Part shown: in pieces, positions 50,034 to 59,469 of the stretch | Layout of the letters: each line of letters opens with the position of its first letter | Position numbering within the stretch: the first letter of the stretch is position 1 | Source: Nitrosopumilus sp. | GTDB taxonomy: Archaea; Thermoproteota; Nitrososphaeria; Nitrososphaerales; Nitrosopumilaceae | Assembly: GCA_965207075.1 (NCBI GenBank) | Contig: CBDBLO010000002.1 | Coordinates: forward strand, 1,920,001 to 1,984,000 | DNA: 64,000 nt | Direction of reading: 5' to 3' | The notes under the pieces: model-generated | Database searches by the model: none | What the model saw: only the letters and a program-made list of their open reading frames with translations | What the model was told of the DNA's origin: nothing | Translations under genes and position numbers: made by a program

Positions 50034-50330
50034 TTAAGGATTACGATCTTGCGCGTTCCCGCCTGCCCCGGGCCCGTCCGCGCCGCCTGCAGGCGCCTCC
50101 GCTATGGCACCCCTCGAGCGGTTCTCCCTGTACGCTGCAAGGTGCTGCTCGTAGACGTCTTTGGGGTCCACGTCGGGGCCGCAGTACTGGGCATAGTACT
50201 CGCGCCTCGTCAGGGGCGAGCCGGCGCCGCTGTTGTCGGACCTGGCCGGATCCGAGTTTATCATGATGAACTCGTCGAGCCACTCCTCGTAGGACGACGT
50301 GATGCCGAGGTTTTCTTCCATTGGGGTCAC
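50034..50330 (-). CDS. Small acidic hypothetical protein
   Basis: 98-aa ORF, co-oriented with its neighbours. Confidence 0.45.
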   Translation of the reverse strand: MTPMEENLGITSSYEEWLDEFIMINSDPARSDNSGAGSPLTRREYYAQYCGPDVDPKDVYEQHLAAYRENRSRGAIAEAPAGGADGPGAGGNAQDRNP

Positions 50331-50452
50331 CTGCTACTGTCGCCGCGCACTATGCCGCGACAAACGAGCCACGCGCCAGAACCACGCCCCCCACATGTAT
50401 AATCAGCCATCATAATTACCAGCCACCATCACAACAACGACGTAAATGGCAG

Positions 50453-51040
50453 TCACGCGCCCCTCTCCTTGAGTCGGCCGAGCAGCACACCGAGGTCCGG
50501 ATCGTCCTGCACGTCCCCGGCCCACAAGTCCGACACCCGCTCGACCACGTCCGGCGCTATATCGATACCAGTAGTGATTACGGCGTGGGCCGCGCTCTTC
50601 CGGACCTCCGAGCTGTCATCAAGCAGCGATTCGGCCAGCACCCTCCCCACTTCGGGACCACCCGCGTGCATGTGCCCCAGGGCTCCCACGGCGCACGACC
50701 TTACCATGGACCGCTTGTCGCGCGCGAGCTTTACCAGTTCCGGAATCGAATCGGTCTCATTCCTGTTTGCAAGTATCAGCGACGCAAAGCCGCGCACGTT
50801 CTTGCTTGCGGAGTCCAAGCCCTTTATCAGGTGCTCGTATATGCGGTTCTCGTTGAGTATCAGCGAGCTGAACGCCTCGCCCCTCACCCGGATGTCGTCG
50901 TCGTCGAGCCTTGCAATCATCTTTTCTATTATGTCGGGGCGATCCGTGGCGGCAAGCCCCTCAAGGACGCTTATCTTTTGCGCGCTGTCACCTGTCTCCA
51001 GGATCCGTGCAACGTCGTTCAAGTCAAGGCAGATTGGCAA
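50453..51040 (-). CDS. HEAT-repeat protein
   Basis: Repeated LDD...VR..A motifs. Confidence 0.85.
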   Translation of the reverse strand: MPICLDLNDVARILETGDSAQKISVLEGLAATDRPDIIEKMIARLDDDDIRVRGEAFSSLILNENRIYEHLIKGLDSASKNVRGFASLILANRNETDSIPELVKLARDKRSMVRSCAVGALGHMHAGGPEVGRVLAESLLDDSSEVRKSAAHAVITTGIDIAPDVVERVSDLWAGDVQDDPDLGVLLGRLKERGA

Positions 51041-51154
51041 CGCAGGTTAATAATGGTAACAGTCAGCGGTCCTGTTGTGAATTCATGAGCTGACTAGAGA
51101 CGGCCGACAACTCACGAATTTGCAACAGAAACCAGAAACTGAAAAGCCCAACGC

Positions 51155-51550
51155 TCAAGGCGTTTTGCCTACCAACGTCCAATCCAACCAAATCCAAGAA
51201 TTAATGCTGGCGCCGGCCGCAGCGATGGAGCCCAGCAACGCCAGAAAGATTACTCTACCGGTGAGCCCCTCCGCCCGGATCTTGACGCCCAGCATATCTA
51301 GGCGAAACGGCTCTTGCTTGCCGCCCTTGTTTTCCTTGACCTGTTCAAATTTCCGGTCCATCACGATCCTTGCGCATTCGAATATCTTTTCGGTGGGCAA
51401 TCCCGCCACACGGCCGATCAGACGAATCGCTCCGATGACGATTACGGCAAGCAACACGGCAGCACCAATCCAAATGACAATGTCCGCTACCACAAGGATC
51501 GCTGATTGCAGCATGACAACAACTTCGGCTAGCGTATCAGTCAGATTCAA
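51155..51550 (-). CDS. Hypothetical membrane protein
   Basis: Two hydrophobic stretches. Confidence 0.5.
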   Translation of the reverse strand: MNLTDTLAEVVVMLQSAILVVADIVIWIGAAVLLAVIVIGAIRLIGRVAGLPTEKIFECARIVMDRKFEQVKENKGGKQEPFRLDMLGVKIRAEGLTGRVIFLALLGSIAAAGASINSWIWLDWTLVGKTP

Positions 51551-51618
51551 CCCATGACCATGCGGGCTATGTTTATTTCAACGTAGCGTTCACCAGTATG
51601 GCAAGATCCACATTTGGC

Positions 51619-51927
51619 CTAGGACGTGACCGGCTTGATGATGTAGATTGGTGGGCCGGATTTTTTGTTTGTACCGTATTCGTATATCTGGACGGACCTT
51701 ACGCCGCGTTTTTTCAGCATGTGTGTGTACGCCTCCTTGTCGCACGTCATCAGGTCGCAGCCGCGTTCCAGACAGAATGATGCAAGTTCCGAGTCGGAGC
51801 TGTCGGCGGCAAGAACATCCGGTTTGCCCACGCGATGAATGTCGGAGTAATCTTTGCGGATTTGCGATTCGTTATCGGTTGACCATCCCGCCAATTGATA
51901 GTCGATCAACACGCCGCGGTTCATCAA
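51619..51927 (-). CDS. Small PIN-like (DUF5615/Mut7-C type) protein
   Basis: VLID...SSDSELASFC...LMTCDK pattern. Confidence 0.6.
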   Translation of the reverse strand: MMNRGVLIDYQLAGWSTDNESQIRKDYSDIHRVGKPDVLAADSSDSELASFCLERGCDLMTCDKEAYTHMLKKRGVRSVQIYEYGTNKKSGPPIYIIKPVTS

Positions 51928-52196
51928 CGGTGCATGCTCGACACGTCATTTATTGGTATGTCTAATCGGCTCTCGCAAATTCGTGAGTTGTCAGCAGTCT
52001 CTGGTCAGCTCACGGATTCGCAAGAACCCAGCCGGTATCGCGTTTCTCGGCACGGCGGGCGGCATAGCCGGCACCGGCGGCATGCCTGCATGCTTGCCGG
52101 GCGTCAAACGGCCGCGCGGCAAGAAAGGCTCTCAACACTTTTAAAACCAAAGTCTAGAGCCCAGTCTGAGAATGATCCAAAAGGTGACTACAGGCA

Positions 52197-52583
52197 ATGG
52201 CAAAGGCATATTACGTTAAGTTCGAGACGCCCGAGGATCTGGTAAGCCCGATTCTGGAGGCCGTCCGCGTGGCCGCGACAAGCGGCAAGGTTAGAAAGGG
52301 CACAAACGAGGCCACAAAGGCCATAGAGCGCGGCACCTCAAAGCTGGTGGTTATAGCAGAGGACGTGGAGCCCCCCGAGGTGGTGGCCCACCTGCCCATA
52401 CTGTGCGAGGAGCAGGGCGCGGCGTACGCGTTCGTCCCCTCAAAGGACGACCTGGGCAAGTCCATCGGCATAGACATCACGTCCGCGGCGGCAGCGATAC
52501 TAGACCCCGGCGATGCCCAGCACATAGTCGACCAGGTGGTCGCATCCATAGCCAAGATAAAGGACGGCGCTGACGGCAAATGA
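52197..52583 (+). CDS. rpl7ae: 50S ribosomal protein L7Ae
   Basis: [13 protein letters not shown] and [15 protein letters not shown]. Confidence 0.97.
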   Translation: MAKAYYVKFETPEDLVSPILEAVRVAATSGKVRKGTNEATKAIERGTSKLVVIAEDVEPPEVVAHLPILCEEQGAAYAFVPSKDDLGKSIGIDITSAAAAILDPGDAQHIVDQVVASIAKIKDGADGK

Positions 52584-52828
52584 GCGCGGCGGGCTCGTCC
52601 AGTGGTTCAAAGCAGGCCATGGCCTCGGCTGACGACGTGGTCCAGTCAGAGGTGATACAGATAGTGGGCAGGACCGGCATAGCAGGCGAGGTGATACAGG
52701 TCAGGGTGCGCATACTGACGGGCAAGGACAGGGGGCGCATACTGACTAGAAACGTAAAGGGCTCCATCAGGACCGGCGAGATACTCATGCTCAGGGAGAC
52801 GGAGCGCGAGGCCAAGAAGATAAAGTAA
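52580..52828 (+). CDS. rps28e: 30S ribosomal protein S28e
   Basis: [17 protein letters not shown] and LRETEREA. Confidence 0.95.
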   Translation: MSAAGSSSGSKQAMASADDVVQSEVIQIVGRTGIAGEVIQVRVRILTGKDRGRILTRNVKGSIRTGEILMLRETEREAKKIK

Positions 52829-52847
52829 CACAGGGGGTAATGACAGG

Positions 52848-53048
52848 ATGAGCCTACTTGTAAAGCCGTGCAGCTTTTGCGACAGGCCGGTCCCAAAGGG
52901 CTCCGGTACGATGCTTGCAAAGAACGACGGCACCGTCCTGTGGTTCTGCTCCTCCAAGTGCAAGAAGAACGCGCTGGAGCTGAAGAGGGACCCGCGCAAG
53001 CTAAAGTGGACGAAAAAGTACGTAAAGGGCGGAATCAAAAGAAAATAA
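52848..53048 (+). CDS. rpl24e: 50S ribosomal protein L24e
   Basis: CSFC, FCSSKC and PRKLKWT. Confidence 0.96.
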   Translation: MSLLVKPCSFCDRPVPKGSGTMLAKNDGTVLWFCSSKCKKNALELKRDPRKLKWTKKYVKGGIKRK

Positions 53049-53087
53049 TAGCCATGCATGGCGGCACCACGCGAGGGATGATACAAG

Positions 53088-53495
53088 ATGACCACTGAGA
53101 AGACACTGTTCATAGTAAAGCCGGACGCGGTATCCAGGAACCTTACGGGCTCCATCATAGCCAGGTTCGAGCAGAAGGGCTTCAGGATCACGCACCTGAA
53201 GATGTTCCAGTTTACAAAACAGCAGGCCGAGCAGTTCTACAAGGTGCACAGCGAAAAGCCGTTCTTCGGCGAGCTGGTCTCGTTCATATGCTCGGGGCCG
53301 GTGGTGGCGGCCGTCATGGAGGGCGGACACGCGGTCCCGGCCGTGCGCACCATGATAGGGGCCACAAAGTCGTTTGAGGCCCAGCCGGGCTCCATACGCG
53401 GCGACTACGGCCTGGGATTCACGGACAACATCATACACGCGTCGGACTCGGGGGAGAGTTTCGAGCACGAATCGAGGGTGGTCTTTGGTGGGTGA
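53088..53495 (+). CDS. ndk: Nucleoside diphosphate kinase
   Basis: IVKPDAV, PGSIRGDY and NIIHASDS. Confidence 0.96.
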   Translation: MTTEKTLFIVKPDAVSRNLTGSIIARFEQKGFRITHLKMFQFTKQQAEQFYKVHSEKPFFGELVSFICSGPVVAAVMEGGHAVPAVRTMIGATKSFEAQPGSIRGDYGLGFTDNIIHASDSGESFEHESRVVFGG

Positions 53496-53564
53496 TGCAG
53501 TACGTCGCCAGCCACGCAGAAAGGACAGCAGTCCCCGGAGAGCAGGGCCGTACGCCAGCCCATA

Positions 53565-55346
53565 GTGGCCGTCCTGGGCCACGTCGACAGCGGCAAGACC
53601 TCGCTGCTTGACCGCATACGCGGCACCGGCGTGCAGGGCAGGGAGGCAGGCGGCATCACGCAGCACATCGGCGCGAGCTTTCTGCCAATCGAGGTCATAC
53701 GAAAGATGTGCGGGCCCGCCCTGTACGGGCGGCTCGAGTCGCAGGCAGGCAGCCTGATCCCGGGCATACTCGTGATTGACACGCCCGGGCACGAGGTGTT
53801 CACGAACCTGAGGTCCAGGGGCGGCTCGGCTGCAGACATAGCCATACTCGTGGTCGACGTGAACAGGGGCTTCCAGCCGCAGACCACCGAAAGCCTCAAG
53901 ATACTCGGCGAGCGCAAGGTTCCGTTTGTCGTAGCCCTCAACAAGTGCGACCAGATATCCGGGTGGCGGCAGACGGAGTCGCCCTACATATCGCAGGCCC
54001 TAAAGGAGCAGGACCCGTCGGTGCAGGCCGACCTGGACCAGAAGATATACGATGTCGTCGGCACGCTGTCAGTCAGGGGGTACAAGGCAGAGGCGTTCAG
54101 CCGCGTGCGGGACTTTAAGAGCGAGGTCGCGATCGTTCCGATATCGGCCCGGAGCGGGGTCGGGATACCCGAGCTGCTCGGCGTGCTCGTGGGGCTGACC
54201 CAGCAGTACCTGCAGAAAAAGCTGGGCGTCTCCGGCAAGGAGACCCGCGGCATGATCCTCGAGGTCAACGACGAGGTGGGGCTTGGGCCCTCGGCCAACG
54301 TCATACTCATCGACGGGTCCATGGGAAAGGACGACATTATAGTGGCCGCCAGGCGCGACTCCGTCGCGGTGGCAAGGCCCAAGGCGATCCTGCTGCCAAA
54401 GGCGCTCGACGAGATGCGCGACCCGCGAGACAAGTTCACGCCCGTCAGCCGCGTCGACGCGGCGGCGGGCCTGAAGATAACCTCGCCGGAGCTCGACGGC
54501 GTGCTGCCCGGCAGCACCCTGTACGTGGCGTCTGGGGACTCCGCGGAGTCCGACGCCGAGAGGTACGCGGAAATGATCAAATCCGAGATGGAGTCGGTGT
54601 TCGTTGACGACACGCAGACCGCGAGCGGCGTCATACTGAGGTGCGACACCATAGGGTCCCTGGAGGCCACGGTGTCCATGCTCCGGGACGCGGGCGTCGC
54701 CGTCTCAAAGGCCGACATCGGGCCCGTCAACAGGCGCGACATCGTGCAGGCAAAGGCGATAAAGGAGAAGGACAGGCACCTTGGCGTCATACTCGCGTTC
54801 AACGTGAGGGTGCTTCCGGACGCGAGGGAGGAGGCCGACACGGCGCACATACGGATCTTCGAGGACAAGGTGATCTACAGCATGATAGACTCGTACAGCG
54901 CGTGGGTCACCGAGGACACGGCAGACCAGGAGAACGCCGTGTTCTCCGAGACGACGCCGGTCGCAAGGTTCACCTTCCTCAAGGACATGGCGTTCCGCAA
55001 CAGCAACCCGGCCGTGTTCGGCATACGGGTCGACGTGGGGACGCTCCGCCAAAAGGCGCCGTTCATGAGCGAGTCGGCAAGGAGGATAGGCACCATACAT
55101 CAGCTGCAGCTTGACAAGAAGACCGTGCCGGCCGCCTCGGCGGGCCAGGAGGTGGCGTGCTCCGTCAACGACGTGGCCATAGGCAGGCAGGTGACGGAGG
55201 GCTCGACATACTATACTGCCCCCTCCTCAAGGGAGGCAAAGGAGCTGCAGAACAGGTTCTGGGGCAGGCTGAGCCCCGAGGAGCAGCAGGTGCTCGAGGA
55301 GATAGTGCGGATGCAGCGCGAAAAGGATCCCGCGTACGCGTACTGA
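53565..55346 (+). CDS. infB: Translation initiation factor aIF5B/IF-2 (true start unclear, see findings)
   Basis: GHVDSGKT, EAGGITQHIGA, DTPGHE and NKCD. Confidence 0.95.
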   Translation: MAVLGHVDSGKTSLLDRIRGTGVQGREAGGITQHIGASFLPIEVIRKMCGPALYGRLESQAGSLIPGILVIDTPGHEVFTNLRSRGGSAADIAILVVDVNRGFQPQTTESLKILGERKVPFVVALNKCDQISGWRQTESPYISQALKEQDPSVQADLDQKIYDVVGTLSVRGYKAEAFSRVRDFKSEVAIVPISARSGVGIPELLGVLVGLTQQYLQKKLGVSGKETRGMILEVNDEVGLGPSANVILIDGSMGKDDIIVAARRDSVAVARPKAILLPKALDEMRDPRDKFTPVSRVDAAAGLKITSPELDGVLPGSTLYVASGDSAESDAERYAEMIKSEMESVFVDDTQTASGVILRCDTIGSLEATVSMLRDAGVAVSKADIGPVNRRDIVQAKAIKEKDRHLGVILAFNVRVLPDAREEADTAHIRIFEDKVIYSMIDSYSAWVTEDTADQENAVFSETTPVARFTFLKDMAFRNSNPAVFGIRVDVGTLRQKAPFMSESARRIGTIHQLQLDKKTVPAASAGQEVACSVNDVAIGRQVTEGSTYYTAPSSREAKELQNRFWGRLSPEEQQVLEEIVRMQREKDPAYAY

Positions 55347-55409
55347 CGGGAGTCCAGAAAGGGAAGTGTTGCAGGTGCGGCGGGAGTGTCCGCGCGCAGG
55401 GCGTATGGG

Positions 55410-55919
55410 TCAGCCCGCATCGCCGGGGCGGGCCGCGGCTGTGGCAGCGGCGGCTGCGGCGGCGCGGCACATCGAGTCGAGCGCGTCGCGTCCCACCGCG
55501 CCGGCCACGCGTGACACCGGGGCGCCCGACCTGAACATGACAAAGGTCGGAATCGAGCTGATGGAAAGGCGGGCCGCCACGTCCGGGCACTCGTCCACGT
55601 TGACGCGCGCAAACGCGATGCCCGGGTACGAGCCGGACAGATCCTCGAATATAGGGTGCATTGCCCTGCAGGGCCCGCACCACTGGGCCCAAAAGTCGAC
55701 GAGCGTCGGGCGGGGGGAGGACACCGCGCCCGCAAAGGTGGCAGACGACAGGTTTGCAACGCCGCGGGAGGTTTCCGGGTGCTGTTGCTGCTGTTGCCCC
55801 CGCTCCCTGCTGCGCTGCGCGCTTATCATGTCCTGCAGTTTCTTGCGCTTTAGCCTCTCAAGCTCGGGATCGTCCGCGCCGCCGCCGTCCGGACTAGCAC
55901 CGCTCGCCATGGCAGCCAC
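55410..55919 (-). CDS. trxA: Thioredoxin
   Basis: DFWAQWCGPC and SIPT; archaeal DPELERL N-terminal extension. Confidence 0.92.
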   Translation of the reverse strand: MAAMASGASPDGGGADDPELERLKRKKLQDMISAQRSRERGQQQQQHPETSRGVANLSSATFAGAVSSPRPTLVDFWAQWCGPCRAMHPIFEDLSGSYPGIAFARVNVDECPDVAARLSISSIPTFVMFRSGAPVSRVAGAVGRDALDSMCRAAAAAAATAAARPGDAG

Positions 55920-55927
55920 GCACCGTC

Positions 55928-56077
55928 CTAGTCGTCATCCTGATCCTTTATGGGGATCTGCTCGTACCGCCGCGACTTGCATATGGGGCACTGGTCGATA
56001 TACTTGGTAAAGCTCACAGAAGAGTACACGATTCCGCAGTTGCCGCAGACGCGCAGGTTCCTTGAGAGCTTGCCCAT
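55928..56077 (-). CDS. 49-aa zinc-ribbon protein (not in the ORF track)
   Basis: MGKLSRNLRVCGNCGIVYSSVSFTKYIDQCPICKSRRYEQIPIKDQDDD; TTTTAA ~24 nt upstream. Confidence 0.7.
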   Translation of the reverse strand: MGKLSRNLRVCGNCGIVYSSVSFTKYIDQCPICKSRRYEQIPIKDQDDD

Positions 56078-56154
56078 GACGCGGCGGCCACGCATTGTGA
56101 TTAAAAGCTACTGGTTTGGGCAGGGGGCGGCCGTTGCCGTTGTCGCGTATGCGC

Positions 56155-59100
56155 CTACCCATTATTTACGATCGTGCAGACGCCCTCGATCAGCTTCGTG
56201 CCGGGCCCGCATATGCCATACTGCTTTGCAGGCGGCTCGGGTTCCTCCACGTCGGGTTCGGGCAGCCCCACGGCGTGGTATATCGAGAAGTATTCCGCAT
56301 AGTTCTGGTCAAACCACTCCTTGTACGAGGGCTCCGCGTTGTACCGGTCCACGTAGGTCTGGGGGTCGACTGACTCGTCGACGAACGGCGCGGGGATCTC
56401 AAACAGTCCCACCGCCCTGTATATGGTGCCGTATTCGGCCGCATAGTTCTGGTCAAACCACTCCTTGTACGAGGGCTCCGCGTTGTACCGGTCCACGTAG
56501 GTCTGGGGGTCGACTGACTCGTCGACGAACGGCGCGAGTGGGACATCAAGCCTGAGTTCAGGGCGCGCGGGCTCATCCGGCGTCTCCCCTGAGCCGGTTT
56601 CATCCAGAGCCGGCTCGGTGGTGTCGGCGCCATCATCACCATCACCGCCAACAGCGCCACCAGAAGTGTCGTCCACTGCGGCAGGATCGTCGAGTCCCAC
56701 GGCATGGTATATGGAATCATACTCCGAGTAATGCGCGTCAAACCACTCCTTGTACGAGGGCTCCGCGTTGTAGCGGTCCACGTAGGTCTGGGGGTCTACT
56801 GACTCGTCTACAAAGCTGGCGGGCACCTGCAGCACGCCCACCGCGTCGTATATCGAGCCGTACTCTGCAAGGTAGTTTGCGTCATACCACTCCTTGTACG
56901 AGGGCTCCGCGTTGTAGCGGTCCACGTAGGTCTGGGGGTCGACTGACGGGTCGACGAACGGCGCCAGGCCGGTGCCGGCATCGGGCTGCTGCGCGTCCCT
57001 TGGCTCCTCAGACCTTGTCTGCTGTTGCTGCTGCTGTTCCACATCGGCATCCTGCACGTCGTTGACCTTTATGCGGACGGTCTTTTTGTCGCTGTGCTCG
57101 CCCCGGGCCGCCACGACGTCAAACGTGTACGTCTTGCCGCCCTGGTCGTATGAAGGCGTCCATGAAAAGGCCCCCGTCCCCGGCACGATGCTGGCCCCCT
57201 CCGGCTCGTTGGCAAGCGAGAGGGCGGCGCCTGAGGAGGCGTCGCCTGACACCGTCACTATGAACGTCGCCGGCTTGCCCTCGTCGACTGTCAGCGAGCC
57301 GACGGAATTTATCACCAGTCCGACTATGCGCGCCTCGGTGGTGCTCTCGTTTGAGGCCCCGCTTGACCCCTGCGCGTTTGTCGCGTATACGCGGTAGGTA
57401 TACTCGGAGCCGGGATCGAGCCCCCTGTGCGCGTACTTTGTCCCAGTCACGCCGCTGGCAAGCTCCGTAAACGAGGACGAGCCCTTCTTTTTGGCCTCTA
57501 CCGTGTATCCGGTGACGGCCAGGTTGCCGTCGTCGGCCGGCGGGCTCCAGGTTACGTCTATGTGCCTGTCGTTTACCGGCTTTGCGCTCACCTTTATCGG
57601 CGGGCTGGGCGCCGACAACGACACAAGCTCCACGGTATCGGGCTCGATTACTCCGGTATGGAACGACGAGTCGATCGCCCTGATCGTGACGGGATCCGAG
57701 GGCAGCGAGTTTGCATTTCCAATCTGGGCGTACACGTGGAACGAGTTCTCCGTGTTCGTATCCACCCTGTACATGAACGAGCGCTCACTCCTGCCCACCT
57801 CGCCGTCATCTACCGTGAAATAGGTCCTGCCAATCTTCTCTTGCACGACGTAGCCGTTGATCGGCAGATCGAACGTGTCTGAGGGAGGCAGCCACGTCAT
57901 CTTTACATGGGTTGGGGACATCGCCACGATGTCCACCATGGTGGGCTTGTCGGTCCCCTCAGGCTGTGTCGGTGCAGTCGCAGACGGGGCGCTGGCGGCG
58001 TCCGCGCCGCTCGCGATTGCAGAGACCCTGTAGGTGTAGGTGGTGCCGGGGTCAAGGTTGGTGTGGTAGAGCGCAGTCGCATTCGTGCTGGTTCTTGACG
58101 TGAGCGTTGTAAAGTCGATCACGGAGGATCCCGTGACGGCCTTGTACTCTACTGCATATCCGATTATGGGTAAAACGGTACCGCCCCTCTGCCTCGGCGC
58201 CTCCCAGTCGACTAGTATGGACGTCGGGGAGATTGGGACCGCCCGGACGCTGCGCGGCGAGTCCGGCTTTGTGACGGTGGTGCCGGAGGAGGAGGAGGAG
58301 GAAGTGCCTGACGACGACGATGATGAAGATGAAGATGAAGACGATGAAGAGGCGGACTGCGCGTCAAGCTCTATCACCTGCACGCGGTCGTTGCCGGTGT
58401 CTGCCACATACAGCAGTCGCTCCTTCGTGTCGATTGCAATCCCATGCGGCGACCTGAACTCGCCGTCGTCCTCGCCGAAGGAGCCGTACTTGCCCACGTA
58501 GCATACCACGTCAGTCAGGTTCTGCGTCCCGTCGGGACACGACTCGCCTCCCCCCCTCTCAAGGAAGCTGAAGATCTGTATCCGGCCGTTGACGGTGTCT
58601 GACACGTACAGCTCCCCCCTGTTGGGCGTGGTCTTCTTGTCTATCGCGAGCCCGGTCGGTCCGTTAAATGTGCCGTTCGCGGTGCCTATAATGCCTGCGC
58701 TGCCGAACTCCCCCACGTAGCAGATCCCCTTGGCCGCCTCCACCGTGTAGCTGTGACATCTTTCCCGCTCAGTAAGTATTTTGAATATGCCTATACGGTG
58801 CTTTTCGGTATCCGACACGTACAGGTATCTGCCTATCTCGTCTACTACGAGGCCCGAGGGGTTCGACATGTCGGTCGTGTTGAACTTTTTAATCGCGTCC
58901 TTGTACGTGCCGTCAGTGGAGAACACGTGGATCCTGTCCCCGTCCTCATCCGATACGAACACCCTCTGGGTCGCCGTGTCCACCGCGATGTCAGTAGGCG
59001 ATGACAGCTCGTCCGAGCCGAACTCGCGCACAAACTTGTTGTCCCTGTCCACCACCTTGACTCGCTGGTTGCCCGCATCAAGAACAAAAAATTCGAGGTC

Positions 59101-59469
59101 ATACTTCACGATTGATACCGGGTCGGAGAACTGCGAGTCGCCGCTGCCGGCAGAGCCGAACCGCTTGTCAAACTTGTCGTGAGTCCGGAATATGCTGACC
59201 CGATCCTTGTCCTTTTCCACGACGTAGATGTCCACGACATTGCCCCTGAGGTTCATGTTCAGCTCGACATCATAGGGGCCGTCGATTGCCCCGCCGGCTA
59301 TGTCTTCATCATCAAATATGTGGGCAAATTCCGGCGCGGCATAGGCGCCGGATGCCAGCGATGCGGCCGCGAGCGCAACTGCGGCGACGGCTACTGTAGC
59401 CGCGAGCGCGTAACTCCCAGGGATCGGCAGGGCCCGCCCCGTGCCGCCGCGGCCGGCCTTCATCAGCAT
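56155..59469 (-). CDS. Surface protein: NHL beta-propeller, Ser-rich linker, fibronectin-III domains, Ig/cadherin-like domain and four PFVD..YVDRY repeats
   Basis: FxxPxGIAID / YVADTGNDRVQ; W.AP..GY.VEY..LDPGTTYTYRVSA. Confidence 0.88.
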   Translation of the reverse strand: MLMKAGRGGTGRALPIPGSYALAATVAVAAVALAAASLASGAYAAPEFAHIFDDEDIAGGAIDGPYDVELNMNLRGNVVDIYVVEKDKDRVSIFRTHDKFDKRFGSAGSGDSQFSDPVSIVKYDLEFFVLDAGNQRVKVVDRDNKFVREFGSDELSSPTDIAVDTATQRVFVSDEDGDRIHVFSTDGTYKDAIKKFNTTDMSNPSGLVVDEIGRYLYVSDTEKHRIGIFKILTERERCHSYTVEAAKGICYVGEFGSAGIIGTANGTFNGPTGLAIDKKTTPNRGELYVSDTVNGRIQIFSFLERGGGESCPDGTQNLTDVVCYVGKYGSFGEDDGEFRSPHGIAIDTKERLLYVADTGNDRVQVIELDAQSASSSSSSSSSSSSSSGTSSSSSSGTTVTKPDSPRSVRAVPISPTSILVDWEAPRQRGGTVLPIIGYAVEYKAVTGSSVIDFTTLTSRTSTNATALYHTNLDPGTTYTYRVSAIASGADAASAPSATAPTQPEGTDKPTMVDIVAMSPTHVKMTWLPPSDTFDLPINGYVVQEKIGRTYFTVDDGEVGRSERSFMYRVDTNTENSFHVYAQIGNANSLPSDPVTIRAIDSSFHTGVIEPDTVELVSLSAPSPPIKVSAKPVNDRHIDVTWSPPADDGNLAVTGYTVEAKKKGSSSFTELASGVTGTKYAHRGLDPGSEYTYRVYATNAQGSSGASNESTTEARIVGLVINSVGSLTVDEGKPATFIVTVSGDASSGAALSLANEPEGASIVPGTGAFSWTPSYDQGGKTYTFDVVAARGEHSDKKTVRIKVNDVQDADVEQQQQQQTRSEEPRDAQQPDAGTGLAPFVDPSVDPQTYVDRYNAEPSYKEWYDANYLAEYGSIYDAVGVLQVPASFVDESVDPQTYVDRYNAEPSYKEWFDAHYSEYDSIYHAVGLDDPAAVDDTSGGAVGGDGDDGADTTEPALDETGSGETPDEPARPELRLDVPLAPFVDESVDPQTYVDRYNAEPSYKEWFDQNYAAEYGTIYRAVGLFEIPAPFVDESVDPQTYVDRYNAEPSYKEWFDQNYAEYFSIYHAVGLPEPDVEEPEPPAKQYGICGPGTKLIEGVCTIVNNG

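Larger units (their letters stand above)
51075..52023. mobile_element. Cassette bounded by 49-bp imperfect inverted repeats (51075-51123, 51975-52023)
   Basis: 43/49 identity as an inverted pair; encloses two small lower-GC ORFs. Confidence 0.6.

Noticed and set aside
58285-58352. GAG/GAT/GAA microsatellite-like tract
   Set aside because: Encodes the poly-Ser linker of the NHL/FN3 protein.
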